Positions 11,795 through 24,780 of a DNA stretch of 42,780 bases are shown here, in pieces. The stretch's first letter is position 1, and each line of letters begins with the position of its first letter. Below the pieces are notes generated by a model. It was not told the DNA's origin, did no database searches, and saw only the letters and a list, made by a program, of their open reading frames with translations. Source of the DNA: Octopus bimaculoides (Eukaryota); the NCBI RefSeq assembly GCF_001194135.2, contig NC_068981.1, positions 49,503,411 to 49,546,190 on the forward strand, read 5' to 3'. The position numbers and the translations under genes were made by a program.

Positions 11795-13064
11795 TTTTCC
11801 CACCTTGTTTCACATTTATGTGTTTACTCAGATATATANNNNNNNNNNNNNNNNNNNNNNNNNNNNNNNNNNNNNNNNNNNNNNNNNNNNNNNNNNNNNN
11901 NNNNNNNNNNNNNNNNNNNNNNNNNNNNNNTATATATATATATATGAGCATGTGCATTCGTGAATGTGTCTGTATATGTCTGTAAATTTTTGTCAAAATC
12001 CATATTTAATTATTTCCTACAGATAGTATCATTGAAGTTTACTGTATATGAGGCACACGTGCTCGCGCGCAAACACACACACACACTCATTGAACACAAA
12101 CACACACATACATATATATGTATATATATGTATGTATGTATTATGTATCTATGTGTGAGTGTGTGTGTGCGTGTATGAATTCACACAGAGTGACAGAGAG
12201 AAAGAGAGAAAGATTCCATTAAATAAATGTGTGCGCATGCGCTCTTGTATGTGAAAATGTACGTAATGTATATACGAAATACTTCCACTTATATAATATG
12301 CTTTATTAGAGCGTCAAATAATAAAGTGCATCATATCCCCGACCAACACTTTTAGTAAAGCAAGCTTAATACTTTCATGCATTTAGCATGCAAAACTCGT
12401 TAGATTCCACACCGATTGTTGCACCTTTGATGTATTTCATTTAACTTTTGCATGTTTCATCAAAGATACATTTCCTTTCATCTGCTGCAAATTATGTTTC
12501 TTTGCTATTTAAGCGTATATATGTTTTTATTACTTCTATGTTTTCGCTCAATTAGCAATAATCACTCGCCAAAATATGCTGCTGCCGTCTTAATTTATCA
12601 AACTACATCTACTGTGGTACAAAAAACAAATAATATCAAGACCAGCAATATTGGTTATGAAAGGTTTTCCTCTTATGCCTGTTTAATATCCATTTTCATC
12701 TTTTCTTAATTTACCAGAAAAATAACTTGATTATATATACATATTAGAAATTAGTTTCCTGCTCAATATTTCCTTTAATCTTTGTTTCCTATCTCATGTG
12801 AATTTATAAAATGCAATACCTAATGTGTTTATAGTGAATAAATATAAATAGATCTTCTGTCGGTGTCGACGATAAATTTCCATGTGTACAGATGCCTGAA
12901 GAGCCTAAGTGTTGAATTAATATATAAACTTTAATTCTCAGGTAAAATATCCGGGAATCATTGCGTGGCAAATCTGCCCATTTCAAGTATACATTCAGTC
13001 CAACCTATGGTCCACATTTCTACGTGAGTTCTACCTACACAGTTTCACTCACACTCTGTCAATG

Positions 13065-13097
<33 letters not shown>

Positions 13098-14814
13098 NNN
13101 NNNNNNNNNNNNNNNNNNNNNNNNNNNNNNNNNNNNNNNNNNNNNNNNNNNNNNNNNNNNNNNNNNNNNNNNNNNNNNNNNNNNNNNNNNNNNNNNNNNN
13201 NNNNNNNNNNNNNNNNNNNNNNNNNNNNNNNNNNNNNNNNNNNNNNNNNNNNNNNNNNNNNNNNNNNNNNNNNNNNNNNNNNNNNNNNNNNNNNNNNNNN
13301 NNNNNNNNNNNNNNNNNNNNNNNNNNNNNNNNNNNNNNNNNNNNNNNNNNNNNATATATATATAAATCAGTTAAATATGAAATTAAAATCAAGATTTTGA
13401 CAGGAGACATTAGAATGCAGTATCCGTACCTTGTTTCGGGTAAGTCTTTGATAGCGCGCCTGCAGAGCATGTTCAGCACTTATGGCTATCAGGTGTTATC
13501 CGCAGTACTGCTCTTTCGTCGTTGGATCTACGTTAAGATATCCTAGGTGCACGTTGGCCATATTTTTATAATCAGTGAAAGTGTTTTCACTAAAAAATAT
13601 ATATTTGCGAGTGTTTGACATGCATGTTCAACCAGCTAGTGTTGCTACTTGAGGTTGATGACGAGCAATGACTCAGAAACATGTCCCTGAATGCACACTG
13701 AGCTCGGTGGGGGTGCTTGTCTCCCACTCGCAAATATAAGGACACAGGAAATGTGTCAAGGCCGACAGGTAGCAGTCCAGCTTCCTAGTGCTAAATAGCA
13801 GCAATATGATTCCCTTATCGAGACTGTCACATTAAGATGACAGTATACAACTGCTTTATCGTAACACTGCTGCTTAATTCCCTCTGTGAGATTTATAATT
13901 AGATCCTTTCTAATAATTATACACACACACACACACGCACACACACACACGCACACACACACACACGCACACGCACACACATATCTATATATATATATAT
14001 ATATAACTATCGATTATATACACATATATGGATATAAAAATAAATTATATAATTACATAAGGGAACAGGAAAAAACCTTGTAAGAATATGCCAGAAGCGT
14101 TATAAAACCACNNNNNNNNNNNNNNNNNNNNNNNNNNNNNNNNNNNNNNNNNNNNNNNNNNNNNNNNNNNNNNNNNNNNNNNNNNNNNNNNNNNNNNNNN
14201 NNNNNNNNNNNNNNNNNNNNNNNNNNNNNNNNNNNNNNNNNNNNNNNNNNNNNNNNNNNNNNNNNNNNNNNNNNNNNNNNNNNNNNNNNNNNNNNNNNNN
14301 NNNNNNNNNNNNNNNNNNNNNNNNNNNNNNNNNNNNNNNNNNNNNNNNNNNNNNNNNNNNNNNNNNNNNNNNNNNNNNNNNNNNNNNNNNNNNNNNNNNN
14401 NNNNNNNNNNNNNNNNNNNNNNNNNNNNNNNNNNNNNNNNNNNNNNNNNNNNNNNNNNNNNNNNNNNNNNNNNNNNNNNNNNNNNNNNNNNNNNNNNNNN
14501 NNNNNNNNNNNNNNNNNNNNNNNNNNNNNNNNNNNNNNNNNNNNNNNNNNNNNNNNNNNNNNNNNNNNNNNNNNNNNNNNNNNNNNNNNNNNNNNNNNNN
14601 NNNNNNNNNNNNNNNNNNNNNNNNNNNNNNNNNNNNNNNNNNNNNNNNNNNNNNNNNNNNNNNNNNNNNNNNNNNNNNNNNNNNNNNNNNNNNNNNNNNN
14701 NNNNNNNNNNNNNNNNNNNNNNNNNNNNNNNNNNNNNNNNNNNNNNNNNNNNNNNNNNNNNNNNNNNNNNNNNNNNNNNNNNNNNNNNNNNNNNNNNNNN
14801 NNNNNNNNNNNNNN

Positions 14815-14868
<54 letters not shown>

Positions 14869-14961
14869 ATACATACGTATATGCAAAGATATATAAACAT
14901 ATGCTTATATATACACATATGTATATGCATACATACGTACAGGGACAGACAGGTAGGTAGG

Positions 14962-15018
<57 letters not shown>
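14962..15018 (+). repeat. (GATA)n repeat
   Basis: Seen directly. Confidence 0.95.
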
Positions 15019-15019
<1 letters not shown>

Positions 15020-16459
15020 TATTAACCAGTATTATCTTAGTATATTCGTAGCTCCATTCATGCGTAGTCATGAATTGAAACATTACTTTCTTGCATCAGT
15101 TTCTATTGTTGATTCAGTACATATAAGTGGTTGCAAGAAACATGGAATTCATTCTGCATTATCCATGAATGCTGAAAACTGGCATCCGTGATCTGAGGCT
15201 ACAATACCACCCCAGACAGAATCAACATTATACAACATCAAACAACTTTGGAAGATTGGAATGTCCCATTATTAACAGTTGTATACGTTCAAGGACACTT
15301 TACAGTTATGACATTTTGCATGGCCTATTGTCTTAACTTTTTGATATATGCACGTCAAAGCGCCACACAGCAATCACTAGAAAAATATACAGATCATAAT
15401 CATGACCTATAGCCAAAACCTTGAGCTGCATTTTTTTATGTCTCTGCTAATGTTAGCGTTATGTGTACGCATATCCAAATCAACAGGTATCCATTATGAA
15501 TGTGCTTCATGTTAGCTGGTTTCTAACTTGCGTGAATTGTTACAATTTAACTCAGCGTGGAATGTTATACTGTTCTGTATCACAATTCATTTAAGGGCAA
15601 ATAAGACAACAGATCAATTTAATTTAATAGCTTCCCTTTCAAGTCAAATGTAATATTAATACTATTGACAGTTGTTTTCAAACAGAAGACATTTTTTTAA
15701 ATATTTGGTTTAACACGGAAAACTGTGCTTGAGGTAGGCATTCTCGATAATAGATTCTTTCAGCGATTGTACGAATATCATTTGATAAATTCCATTGATT
15801 GAATATAGCGTGTCATGAAAAGGCCTAACTATAATATTCACAAGAAATATATATAATATTTTGCATGTAGATAGGGTTATAATCTAAGCAGTGTCCTCGT
15901 GGAGCATATCTGCATATTCCAGTTCTCCAACATTGTATGTAAATGTTGTAATTGTATGAGGAATGCATAATACTTCAAAAATGCTAGAAAATGGTATTTA
16001 CTGTTTAATAGCATATCAAAAGAGTGGATTGTTAAAAAATCGGTATTATTTGTTCACCATGTACGTGTTTCATTTATTAATATTACTTGATTCCCCGTGT
16101 GAAAATGTTTCAATAGGTCATGTCTTACATGTTTTTCTCACATGTACAGTTTAGTTACTATTTAGTAAATGAAACACGTGTAATGGTTTATAAGTAAGAC
16201 CGAGATCATTTTCCAATCTCCTGCTATAATGTGCAATACTGTACAAGTATTTAGTTGTCTTTCAGGAGTTAATTTACAGAAAAGTATACGCACAACCACA
16301 TTTACAAAGACACATATAAGTAGACATAGTCATGTATTCACGTTGATATCTTATGAGCAATTAATGCTCAACGAATGTTAATCGTTTCTGTAACTATCGA
16401 TACACATCAAAGATCAAACAAGAAACATATTATAAGAATATACTTGTATAACAATAATA

Positions 16460-17972
16460 TCTTACTAAAATGGGCGTTATGTCCGTCTGTCTATTCCCCC
16501 TTCAGGGTTAAATGGTGGAATAATGGTCATGATGTTTTTGGAATTATTGAGGAGGTAATCAGTAAGGTTTTTAGCGAAAAAAAATGTGAACGAGTATGAT
16601 TATTTAGTGGATAATGTCACTTGTATTAATAAATCACCTTTGATCTTTTTTGTTAAAATTACACCCACCCCTTTATAGTTCGTGAATTTAGAAGGTTTAG
16701 ATTTGCGACACCATCACTTTATTTCCCATCGTAGATGGACAGATTTACTATCTTAATATAATGGACGTTATGTCCATCTGTCTCTCCGTCTGTCCCTCTT
16801 TATGCTATCTTACTATAATGGGCAATATGTCCGTCTCTCTATCTGTCTGTCTGTCTCTCTATCTGTTTGTCCGTCTCTTTTTCTGTTCCTTCGCCACGGC
16901 CAGACAGCTGGAACAATGGTTACGATGATTTTTGAAATACAAATACGGTCATGGGGATAGTCTTTTAGCATTAAAAACAGAAAGTATGAGTTTTACATGG
17001 ATATCGATTTTTGAATTGATATACTATCTTATTATTTTTATTAAAATTCACTGACCACGAGCAACTCTGGATTTTCATCATAGAGTTTGTGGTTCCATCG
17101 CAGATATGAAAGGGATCACAAGTACGGTTAATAGCGATAATAAAATTAGAAAAGTATATATTCTGTGTATGATTATTGAAGTGTGTCAGTCTCGAGCAGG
17201 ATTCGAAACGGCTTATTGAAGTGGCTGTTATTTACATCTCAGTTTTGTCAAGATAACCCATGGTACCAGAACATTCAGATATTATTCGCATAGAACTGTG
17301 CGAGGTAAGTCTCAGCTTGATTTGTTGCAACCCTAGAGATTCCGCTCGCACATTCACAGCAAACAAGGAATAGTGCCAGACGTTAGATCGTGTAGGTGCA
17401 CTTTTACCCACACCGATGCTTACACACGGCCAGTTATACGTCACTATGAGTAGAGCATCGGATTCCATTAATTTGAAAATTAGTGTCATCCAAACAGAAT
17501 GAATTGTCTATAAAGAAGTTTCGTAATCATTTTGATATTATCGAAAGGAATATCATTCATGACTTAAATAAGGAAATGTGTGAACTTTGAATGTATAAGA
17601 GTATAAAAAAGCGTAAAATAGTGTAAACAAATAAAATAAAAGTAAATCTAAATAAGATTTGTTTCTTAATTTTTTTAATGTAGTGGTCGAAGGAAGCTCT
17701 GGCTTTCGTTAGGAGAGGTCCACCGAAACATTCACGATACAGAAGCAGGGAACCTATTTCAGTTCGGGAGTGAATCGTCATCACATGCTACTTAGTTGCA
17801 AACATATGTCATGCAGCTGCAATAGAATGCTGTATCACCAAGAATGATGTGATTTCTCTAAAATATCACGCAGTAATCTATCAAGTCCATTTATACATTA
17901 CTCAGTACATACTGCTATTATGACTTCCCTCCCACATTTTATGTCTCTGTCGTAGATGGGTAGATTTACTAG
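16460..17972 (+). mobile_element. Tandem Helitron array: short unit 16460-16750, truncated unit 16751-16807, long unit 16808-17972
   Basis: Three related 5' ends TCTTA(C/A)TA(T/A)AATGG(G/A)C..TATGTCC.TCT at 16460, 16751 and 16808. Two 3' ends: hairpin CCATC-GTA-GATGG then acagatttaCTA (16726-16750), and tgtc-gta-gatgggtagatttaCTAG (17947-17972). Flanked by A16459 and T17973 (A^T target). Internal homology between 16510-16665 and 16905-17050. Confidence 0.85.
17280..17526 (+). pseudogene. Helitron PIF1-helicase C-terminal pseudogene fragment
   Basis: IIRIEL..RTFTANKE*CQTLDRVGALLPTPMLTHGQLYVTMSRASDSINLKISVIQTE*IVYKEVS* matches helicase motifs V/VI (TINKSQGQTL..VG..L..P.F.HGQLYVA.SR) and the terminal IVYKEV. 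Confidence 0.85.
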
Positions 17973-18151
17973 TATTACAAACACCAGCTATATTTACTTG
18001 CATAGACACTGTCGCATACACACATGCATGAATTCACCTTCACGCACAAATATAAAACTACACACATACATATCTGTCTCTATATATAAACATATGAGTG
18101 TATGTGTATATATATATAGTTCATATACAACATATGTATCGAGAGACAGAA

Positions 18152-18156
<5 letters not shown>

Positions 18157-18209
<53 letters not shown>
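18157..18209 (+). repeat. (AG)n microsatellite abutting a gap
   Basis: Seen directly. Confidence 0.95.
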
Positions 18210-20522
18210 NNNNNNNNNNNNNNNNNNNNNNNNNNNNNNNNNNNNNNNNNNNNNNNNNNNNNNNNNNNNNNNNNNNNNNNNNNNNNNNNNNNNNNNNNNN
18301 NNNNNNNNNNNNNNNNNNNNNNNNNNNNNNNNNNNNNNNNNNNNNNNNNNNNNNNNNNNNNNNNNNNNNNNNNNNNNNNNNNNNNNNNNNNNNNNNNNNN
18401 NNNNNNNNNNNNNNNNNNNNNNNNNNNNNNNNNNNNNNNNNNNNNNNNNNNNNNNNNNNNNNNNNNNNNNNNNNNNNNNNNNNNNNNNNNNNNNNNNNNN
18501 NNNNNNNNNNNNNNNNNNNNNNNNNNNNNNNNNNNNNNNNNNNNNNNNNNNNNNNNNNNNNNNNNNNNNNNNNNNNNNNNNNNNNNNNNNNNNNNNNNNN
18601 NNNNNNNNNNNNNNNNNNNNNNNNNNNNNNNNNNNNNNNNNNNNNNNNNNNNNNNNNNNNNNNNNNNNNNNNNNNNNNNNNNNNNNNNNNNNNNNNNNNN
18701 NNNNNNNNNNNNNNNNNNNNNNNNNNNNNNNNNNNNNNNNNNNNNNNNNNNNNNNNNNNNNNNNNNNNNNNNNNNNNNNNNNNNNNNNNNNNNNNNNNNN
18801 NNNNNNNNNNNNNNNNNNNNNNNNNNNNNNNNNNNNNNNNNNNNNNNNNNNNNNNNNNNNNNNNNNNNNNNNNNNNNNNNNNNNNNNNNNNNNNNNNNNN
18901 NNNNNNNNNNNNNNNNNNNNNNNNNNNNNNNNNNNNNNNNNNNNNNNNNNNNNNNNNNNNNNNNNNNNNNNNNNNNNNNNNNNNNNNNNNNNNNNNNNNN
19001 NNNNNNNNNNNNNNNNNNNNNNNNNNNNNNNNNNNNNNNTATATATATATATATATTGTGCGTGTGTGTATGTATATATATATATCTATCTCTCTGCCTA
19101 TCCAACCATACGACTACCTCTCTCTCTATCTATCTGTTTTCATATCTATATCTATATATATTTACATATGTGTGTCTGTGTGTGTAATTGAATTACATGT
19201 ATAATTATAATTATGTGTCTATATCAGTGTTGGAAGGAGAGTTTGATCTGGTGTATATGCATTAAAAACTATAAATGGGGTTGTAAATTATTACTGACAC
19301 TGTTCATCACTTATTTTCAAATTCACTTATTATATTTGCCAAGTTTTTTGGAAACGGTACGTATTTGGACTTTATTTAATATGGTGTCACGAATAACTAC
19401 CATGATAACTTTGCAGCCAAAGATTCACCATTTTGAAATTATTGACTCACATAATTAGTCTACTTGAATTTAAGCGGTGAGATTGTCAATAATGAATTAT
19501 TAAGAAGTTCATTTATAATGTATCAATACACATATTCTCTCAGCACTGATATTGATTTCTCTCATCGTACATTACATTATGTACGTGTTTACATATATGC
19601 ATGCGTATACACACAGACATGCACACTTACATGCATTTATACAGATGCACACATTTATATATATATATATATNNNNNNNNNNNNNNNNNNNNNNNNNNNN
19701 NNNNNNNNNNNNNNNNNNNNNNNNNNNNNNNNNNNNNNNNNNNNNNNNNNNNNNNNNNNNNNNNNNNNNNNNNNNNNNNNNNNNNNNNNNNNNNNNNNNN
19801 NNNNNNNNNNNNNNNNNNNNNNNNNNNNNNNNNNNNNNNNNNNNNNNNNNNNNNNNNNNNNNNNNNNNNNNNNNNNNNNNNNNNNNNNNNNNNNNNNNNN
19901 NNNNNNNNNNNNNNNNNNNNNNNNNNNNNNNNNNNNNNNNNNNNNNNNNNNNNNNNNNNNNNNNNNNNNNNNNNNNNNNNNNNNNNNNNNNNNNNNNNNN
20001 NNNNNNNNNNNNNNNNNNNNNNNNNNNNNNNNNNNNNNNNNNNNNNNNNNNNNNNNNNNNNNNNNNNNNNNNNNNNNNNNNNNNNNNNNNNNNNNNNNNN
20101 NNNNNNNNNNNNNNNNNNNNNNNNNNNNNNNNNNNNNNNNNNNNNNNNNNNNNNNNNNNNNNNNNNNNNNNNNNNNNNNNNNNNNNNNNNNNNNNNNNNN
20201 NNNNNNNNNNNNNNNNNNNNNNNNNNNNNNNNNNNNNNNNNNNNNNNNNNNNNNNNNNNNNNNNNNNNNNNNNNNNNNNNNNNNNNNNNNNNNNNNNNNN
20301 NNNNNNNNNNNNNNNNNNNNNNNNNNNNNNNNNNNNNNNNNNNNNNNNNNNNNNNNNNNNNNNNNNNNNNNNNNNNNNNNNNNNNNNNNNNNNNNNNNNN
20401 NNNNNNNNNNNNNNNNNNNNNNNNNNNNNNNNNNNNNNNNNNNNNNNNNNNNNNNNNNNNNNNNNNNNNNNNNNNNNNNNNNNNNNNNNNNNNNNNNNNN
20501 NNNNNNNNNNNNNNNNNNNNNN

Positions 20523-20557
<35 letters not shown>

Positions 20558-21326
20558 GTTCTTGCACACATACATAATGATGCAGATATATGTATGTGTA
20601 CATAATTAACTATGTGTATGTACGCCTACAATAATATATAAGAGTAAATTTGACTTATTTTAAAACGACTTTGCAGTACACTACCACTTGTGCTGTCTGA
20701 TTGTTTGAACTATGAAAGGTACACAGAACACACTCTCTCTCTATCTCTCTCTCTCTCTCTCTCTCGCTATGTAGATAGATAATCGTTACATCTTATTATG
20801 TATGTGTATGTGAGAATATTTAATGATTTTCCTAGAGTGGTTGTATTTTTGTTTCATATGACGTTTTATTTGAGATTGTGTCAGACCACATTCCTTTATC
20901 AGTATAGTTAAACAGCTGCTATTTATGCGTATGATTGCATGAGCTCTCGAATGGACACAAATATGTATTCTTTGGCACGTTTCTCTATGTGTTTGTGTGC
21001 ATAGTGTTACTGCGTTTTCTTGAGAGCGAAGTGACTAAAGTCTCTGCAAATCTAATTTCTGATGAATGACAATATTTGTGATAAATCAATAGATTTCATG
21101 ATATATGGCGACCGACTTGGTCTAGAACATATTTCAATCAACCTTACAAGCCAGTCTCACACTCATATCTAACTCTTCGAATCTGACAGGAACGTCCATT
21201 CATAGTTATATGAAATATGTCAAACACAAATCCCATAACACAGGCCCGTAGACACACATACATTCATATCGAAATATGCAAATCTTTGTGTATAACTATA
21301 CTGTGTGGTTTCATATATATATATAC

Positions 21327-21364
<38 letters not shown>

Positions 21365-21430
21365 NNNNNNNNNNNNNNNNNNNNNNNNNNNNNNNNNNNN
21401 NNNNNNNNNNNNNNNNNNNNNNNNNNNNNN

Positions 21431-21469
<39 letters not shown>

Positions 21470-23499
21470 TGTGTGTGTGTGTGTATGTGTGTGTGTGTGT
21501 GTGTGCGTGTGTGTGTGTATAAAGAGAGAGAGAGAGAGATGTGGATATAGATACATAGTTAATCTATATATGTATGTGCTTATATATATATATGTACACA
21601 CACACACCTACAAATGCAGACATGTGTATGTATTTATGTATAAGTGCTTTTCCCTTAGTATGTACGTATGTGTGAGTGTGTCCGGGAATATGTAAATGAA
21701 TACATGAGAGTGTATTTATTCTTTGTACTTGTACGTAAGCCTATAATTGTACGTAATGGCATACAGATTATTCTACTGAAAATATTAAACACAATATGTA
21801 CATACGATAGATCAATATAAAGAGTACTGCAATGTACTTACATTTTGGACGAAATAAAAATTCCATTTTCTTTCTTTTTTTGACATGCCAAATTCTATAC
21901 TTTGCTTAAGAATTCTGAAGAAATCATTTTTATCCATCGAAACACAGACCCCATGTTATTTGACATAATCTACAAGTATGACATGATGCCCTCACTAAGT
22001 AACTGACTAATGCTTTTTAAGACTTATTACATAAGGCTTATATGATTCCAGAATGTTTGACGTTGCGTTATGAGTCCTTTCTTTATATTAAAATCATAGT
22101 ATTACCTGGAAGATAATGTGGCAAATTTCGCTTTGTTTATTTCACATCTTATACATGATTCTCATTCCTTCAACGCTTCAGAGACCAACGCTAAGAATAA
22201 CCAACGCTAAAATGTGCCTAAAAGGAATAACTTTCACTAAGTGTAAAGGTATGGTAACGTTTAGTTTCATAAGCCGTTTGATAAGCAGCTCATGAAGGAA
22301 ATCTTCTATTTCATGCAAAGCTAAGTATGATGGAGACTATTCATCACCGAATGTCACACGTGTAACTAATTCAAATCGACATACAAAGCTACCGTTTCCT
22401 CATTAATATTGCTACTACATATTTCGTTGAGTAGTATGGCTTTGCATATAACAACTTGCTACCGTGGGACTTTACAACTGAAAGTTATAATGTCCACATG
22501 AATACACGAGAGGAAAGCAAAAATGGAGTAACACTCATACAAAATCGATGGCAAGAATATAATTTACATCATTTTGCTATACAAATCAATGTCAGTGATA
22601 TCTCAAATGAAAATGAATTGGAAAACTAAAAAGGTTAATTTCTTTAGAAATGCTTGACCGTTACTTATTTGTAATACTAACAATGGTGGTGTATAACATT
22701 TACAGATCAATGTAATTTCCGTTGCTAACAACTACGTATTGCAGATTCGAGAATGCATTAAGGGAAATTCTATATTCCTAGCATAACTCTACTAAGTAAT
22801 ATAGGCAAGTTAATCTTTTGCTTATGTTTTTTTCATACTTACAAATATGTAAGATGTGTTAAATAAAATATAGTGTTACAAAAGATAAAAAGCCACCGAC
22901 TTATAATATATCCATTACGCAGCGAAGCAAATATGATAACACAGTATATATGTTCATGAAAAACGTATTAAGAAGATGCATCCTGCATTTTAAATAAAGC
23001 ATAGCATAATCAATGAACAAACAAAAGGCCTTACACTGGAACCATTAAAAGTAAACACAAAAATGTATGTCTTAGATAATGGTTTGAAAACTAAAAGCAT
23101 TCGGCAAAACAAGCCTTTTTTTTTTTTTTTCAAATTTGAGCAACAAGCATTTGAGCAACGAGCAAAAAAACATCGAATGAAGATTTCTGTAGGGACGGAA
23201 GTTCAGAAAATTCCATTGAAATCATATTCCAGCGTCGTACGTTAGTTAGACATACATTATATATGTCGTTACCGATAAGTTTACAATCAATGACAAGAAT
23301 CCTAAAATTTGGTGGAAAAGACCCGGTAACAATATAATCGTAAATAATATGATGATGGTAGTTTCTCGTAGTCCGAATACAACAGTTTGACAATTCCTTG
23401 CTTAACTACCAACAGAAGTGATTTTTTATAATTATTAAATGTTTGCGCTGTACATTAGCTCACTCCTTCCATCAAATCGATGTTGCCAAAAGCGTGCAC

Positions 23500-23635
23500 T
23501 GAGTACCAAGTATCGAATGAGTCAAAAAGCAACGTGTCTGAAATGTTTTACTCAAGAACACAACTCACCTCCATGTCCAGGAATTGAAGCTACTATCTGA
23601 AAACTGTGCATGCAAACCCTTAATCGCAAGACCCC
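23500..23635 (-). mobile_element. Degenerate tRNA-derived SINE, family D
   Basis: Reverse complement gcgattaagggtttgcatgc...cttcaattcctggac...ttgtgttcttgagtaaaacattt: decayed A/B boxes followed by a tgtgttcttgagcaagacac-type block. Confidence 0.55.
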
Positions 23636-23714
23636 TGTTGCCTAACCTTAGATTAATATATCTTGTATTCAATAGTACAAATATTACCAAACCTCATCTC
23701 TGAAAGTGATTTTC

Positions 23715-23872
23715 GGCGTAGCTGCGTGGTAAAAATTTTGTATCTCAGCCACATGGTTCTGGGTTCAGTTCAAATGCGTGTCACCTTGAGCAAGTGCCTT
23801 CGTCTAAAAACTTGATAGGACCAGAGCATTGTGAGAGGATTTATTTGATGGAAACAAAAAGCCCGTCGTGTA
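23715..23872 (+). mobile_element. tRNA-derived SINE, family B
   Basis: gctgcgtggtaa..ccacatggttctgggttcagt..gcgtgtcaccttgagcaagtg..gtgagaggattt..ggaaac..aagcccgtcgt; homologous to inverted copies at 30915-31057 and 33733-33876. Confidence 0.8.
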
Positions 23873-23889
23873 AATACATCATGTACAAT

Positions 23890-24780
23890 GCAGACAAACT
23901 TCGAATGCTGTATGGTATCATTCAGGCAGCTCCTGCTAAATAACAGCAGCAAAAATAAATATATAATTTCAGCGATGAAAAGTGAAGTTAGCAACATTGT
24001 AGGAGTTTGCAGTGAGCTCCTCAAGAAGGTCTCTCTTCCTGATGATCTCTTATACAGCCACAAAACTGCTGGGTTCTCTTACATCATGGATGAAAAGCAC
24101 TCAGCATACAAAAAGAAAAAAAGACTATGCATTGATATGTTGTCCGGAAGCTTGAAGAAGACTACAGAATTGACACGAAGCGCAGCCACTCTTAGACTCA
24201 AGACCATTATATTACATCACACTTTGAGGTCTTGTATTTGCAATCCAGGTGCAAGAGAGTGTCACTAAATACCTGGTGAATAAGAGCACATGTGCAGGCT
24301 ATGTCATTTTTCTGTGGAAGACATCACACATCTGATAAGCAGCTGTCCTAAAATGTCGTCAGGGTACTACCTCCCTATGCGGCAGGTTGTTGTTGCTAAA
24401 ATAATTGATAAAGCCATCTGCAAAAATCCCTCATAAACACCAACTTAAGGAATGCTGGTGGAATATTCCCATCAAGTCTTCTGTCAAATGTAAGTATAAA
24501 AAGCCGGATATTGTTGTTTGAGACAGAGAGGTGAAGGCATGTACCATCATAGAGGTCAGCCGTCCTGCAGATATAAATGTCTCTTTGAAAATCAAAGAAG
24601 CAATATATATGTATGGACAACTGCTTCGAAATCTCCAGCTTCTATATCCAGACTGTGAATTCATATTCGTACCTAAAATCTTAGGTTTTATTAGTAAATG
24701 CTTCAAGGAGAATCTAGATAAACTGGGATTTTCAAAAAGAGAAATTGACCGGCTAATTTGTACATCACAAGTGTAATCTC
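23890..24780 (+). mobile_element. 5'-truncated RLE-type non-LTR retrotransposon (R4/Dong-like) pseudogene: zinc knuckle plus restriction-like endonuclease
   Basis: FAIQVQESVTKYLVNK (~24236-24285); CRLCHFSVEDITHLISSCPKMSSGYYLPMRQVVVAK (from 24293; C-x2-C-x8-H-x4-C); ECWWNIPIKSSVKCKYKKPDIVV*DREVKACTIIEVSRPADINVSLKIKEAIYMYGQLLRNLQLLYPDCEFIFVP (PD..E..D..K nuclease motif). Stops and frameshifts present. Confidence 0.88.

Noticed and set aside
12896-12950. CTGAAGA core-like motif
   Set aside because: No stem II plus GAAA partner downstream.
7234-13023. Joined exons giving YHPS..F...L..Y.G, reminiscent of the CBF/NOC1 domain
   Set aside because: Similarity collapses after the G and the join is hypothetical; no gene name assigned.
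16150-16190. GAAACACGTGTA with a preceding small hairpin
   Set aside because: No CUGANGA upstream in fully visible sequence.
21045-21100. CTGATGA with nearby hairpins
   Set aside because: Lacks G of GAAA after the putative stem II and has no stem I.
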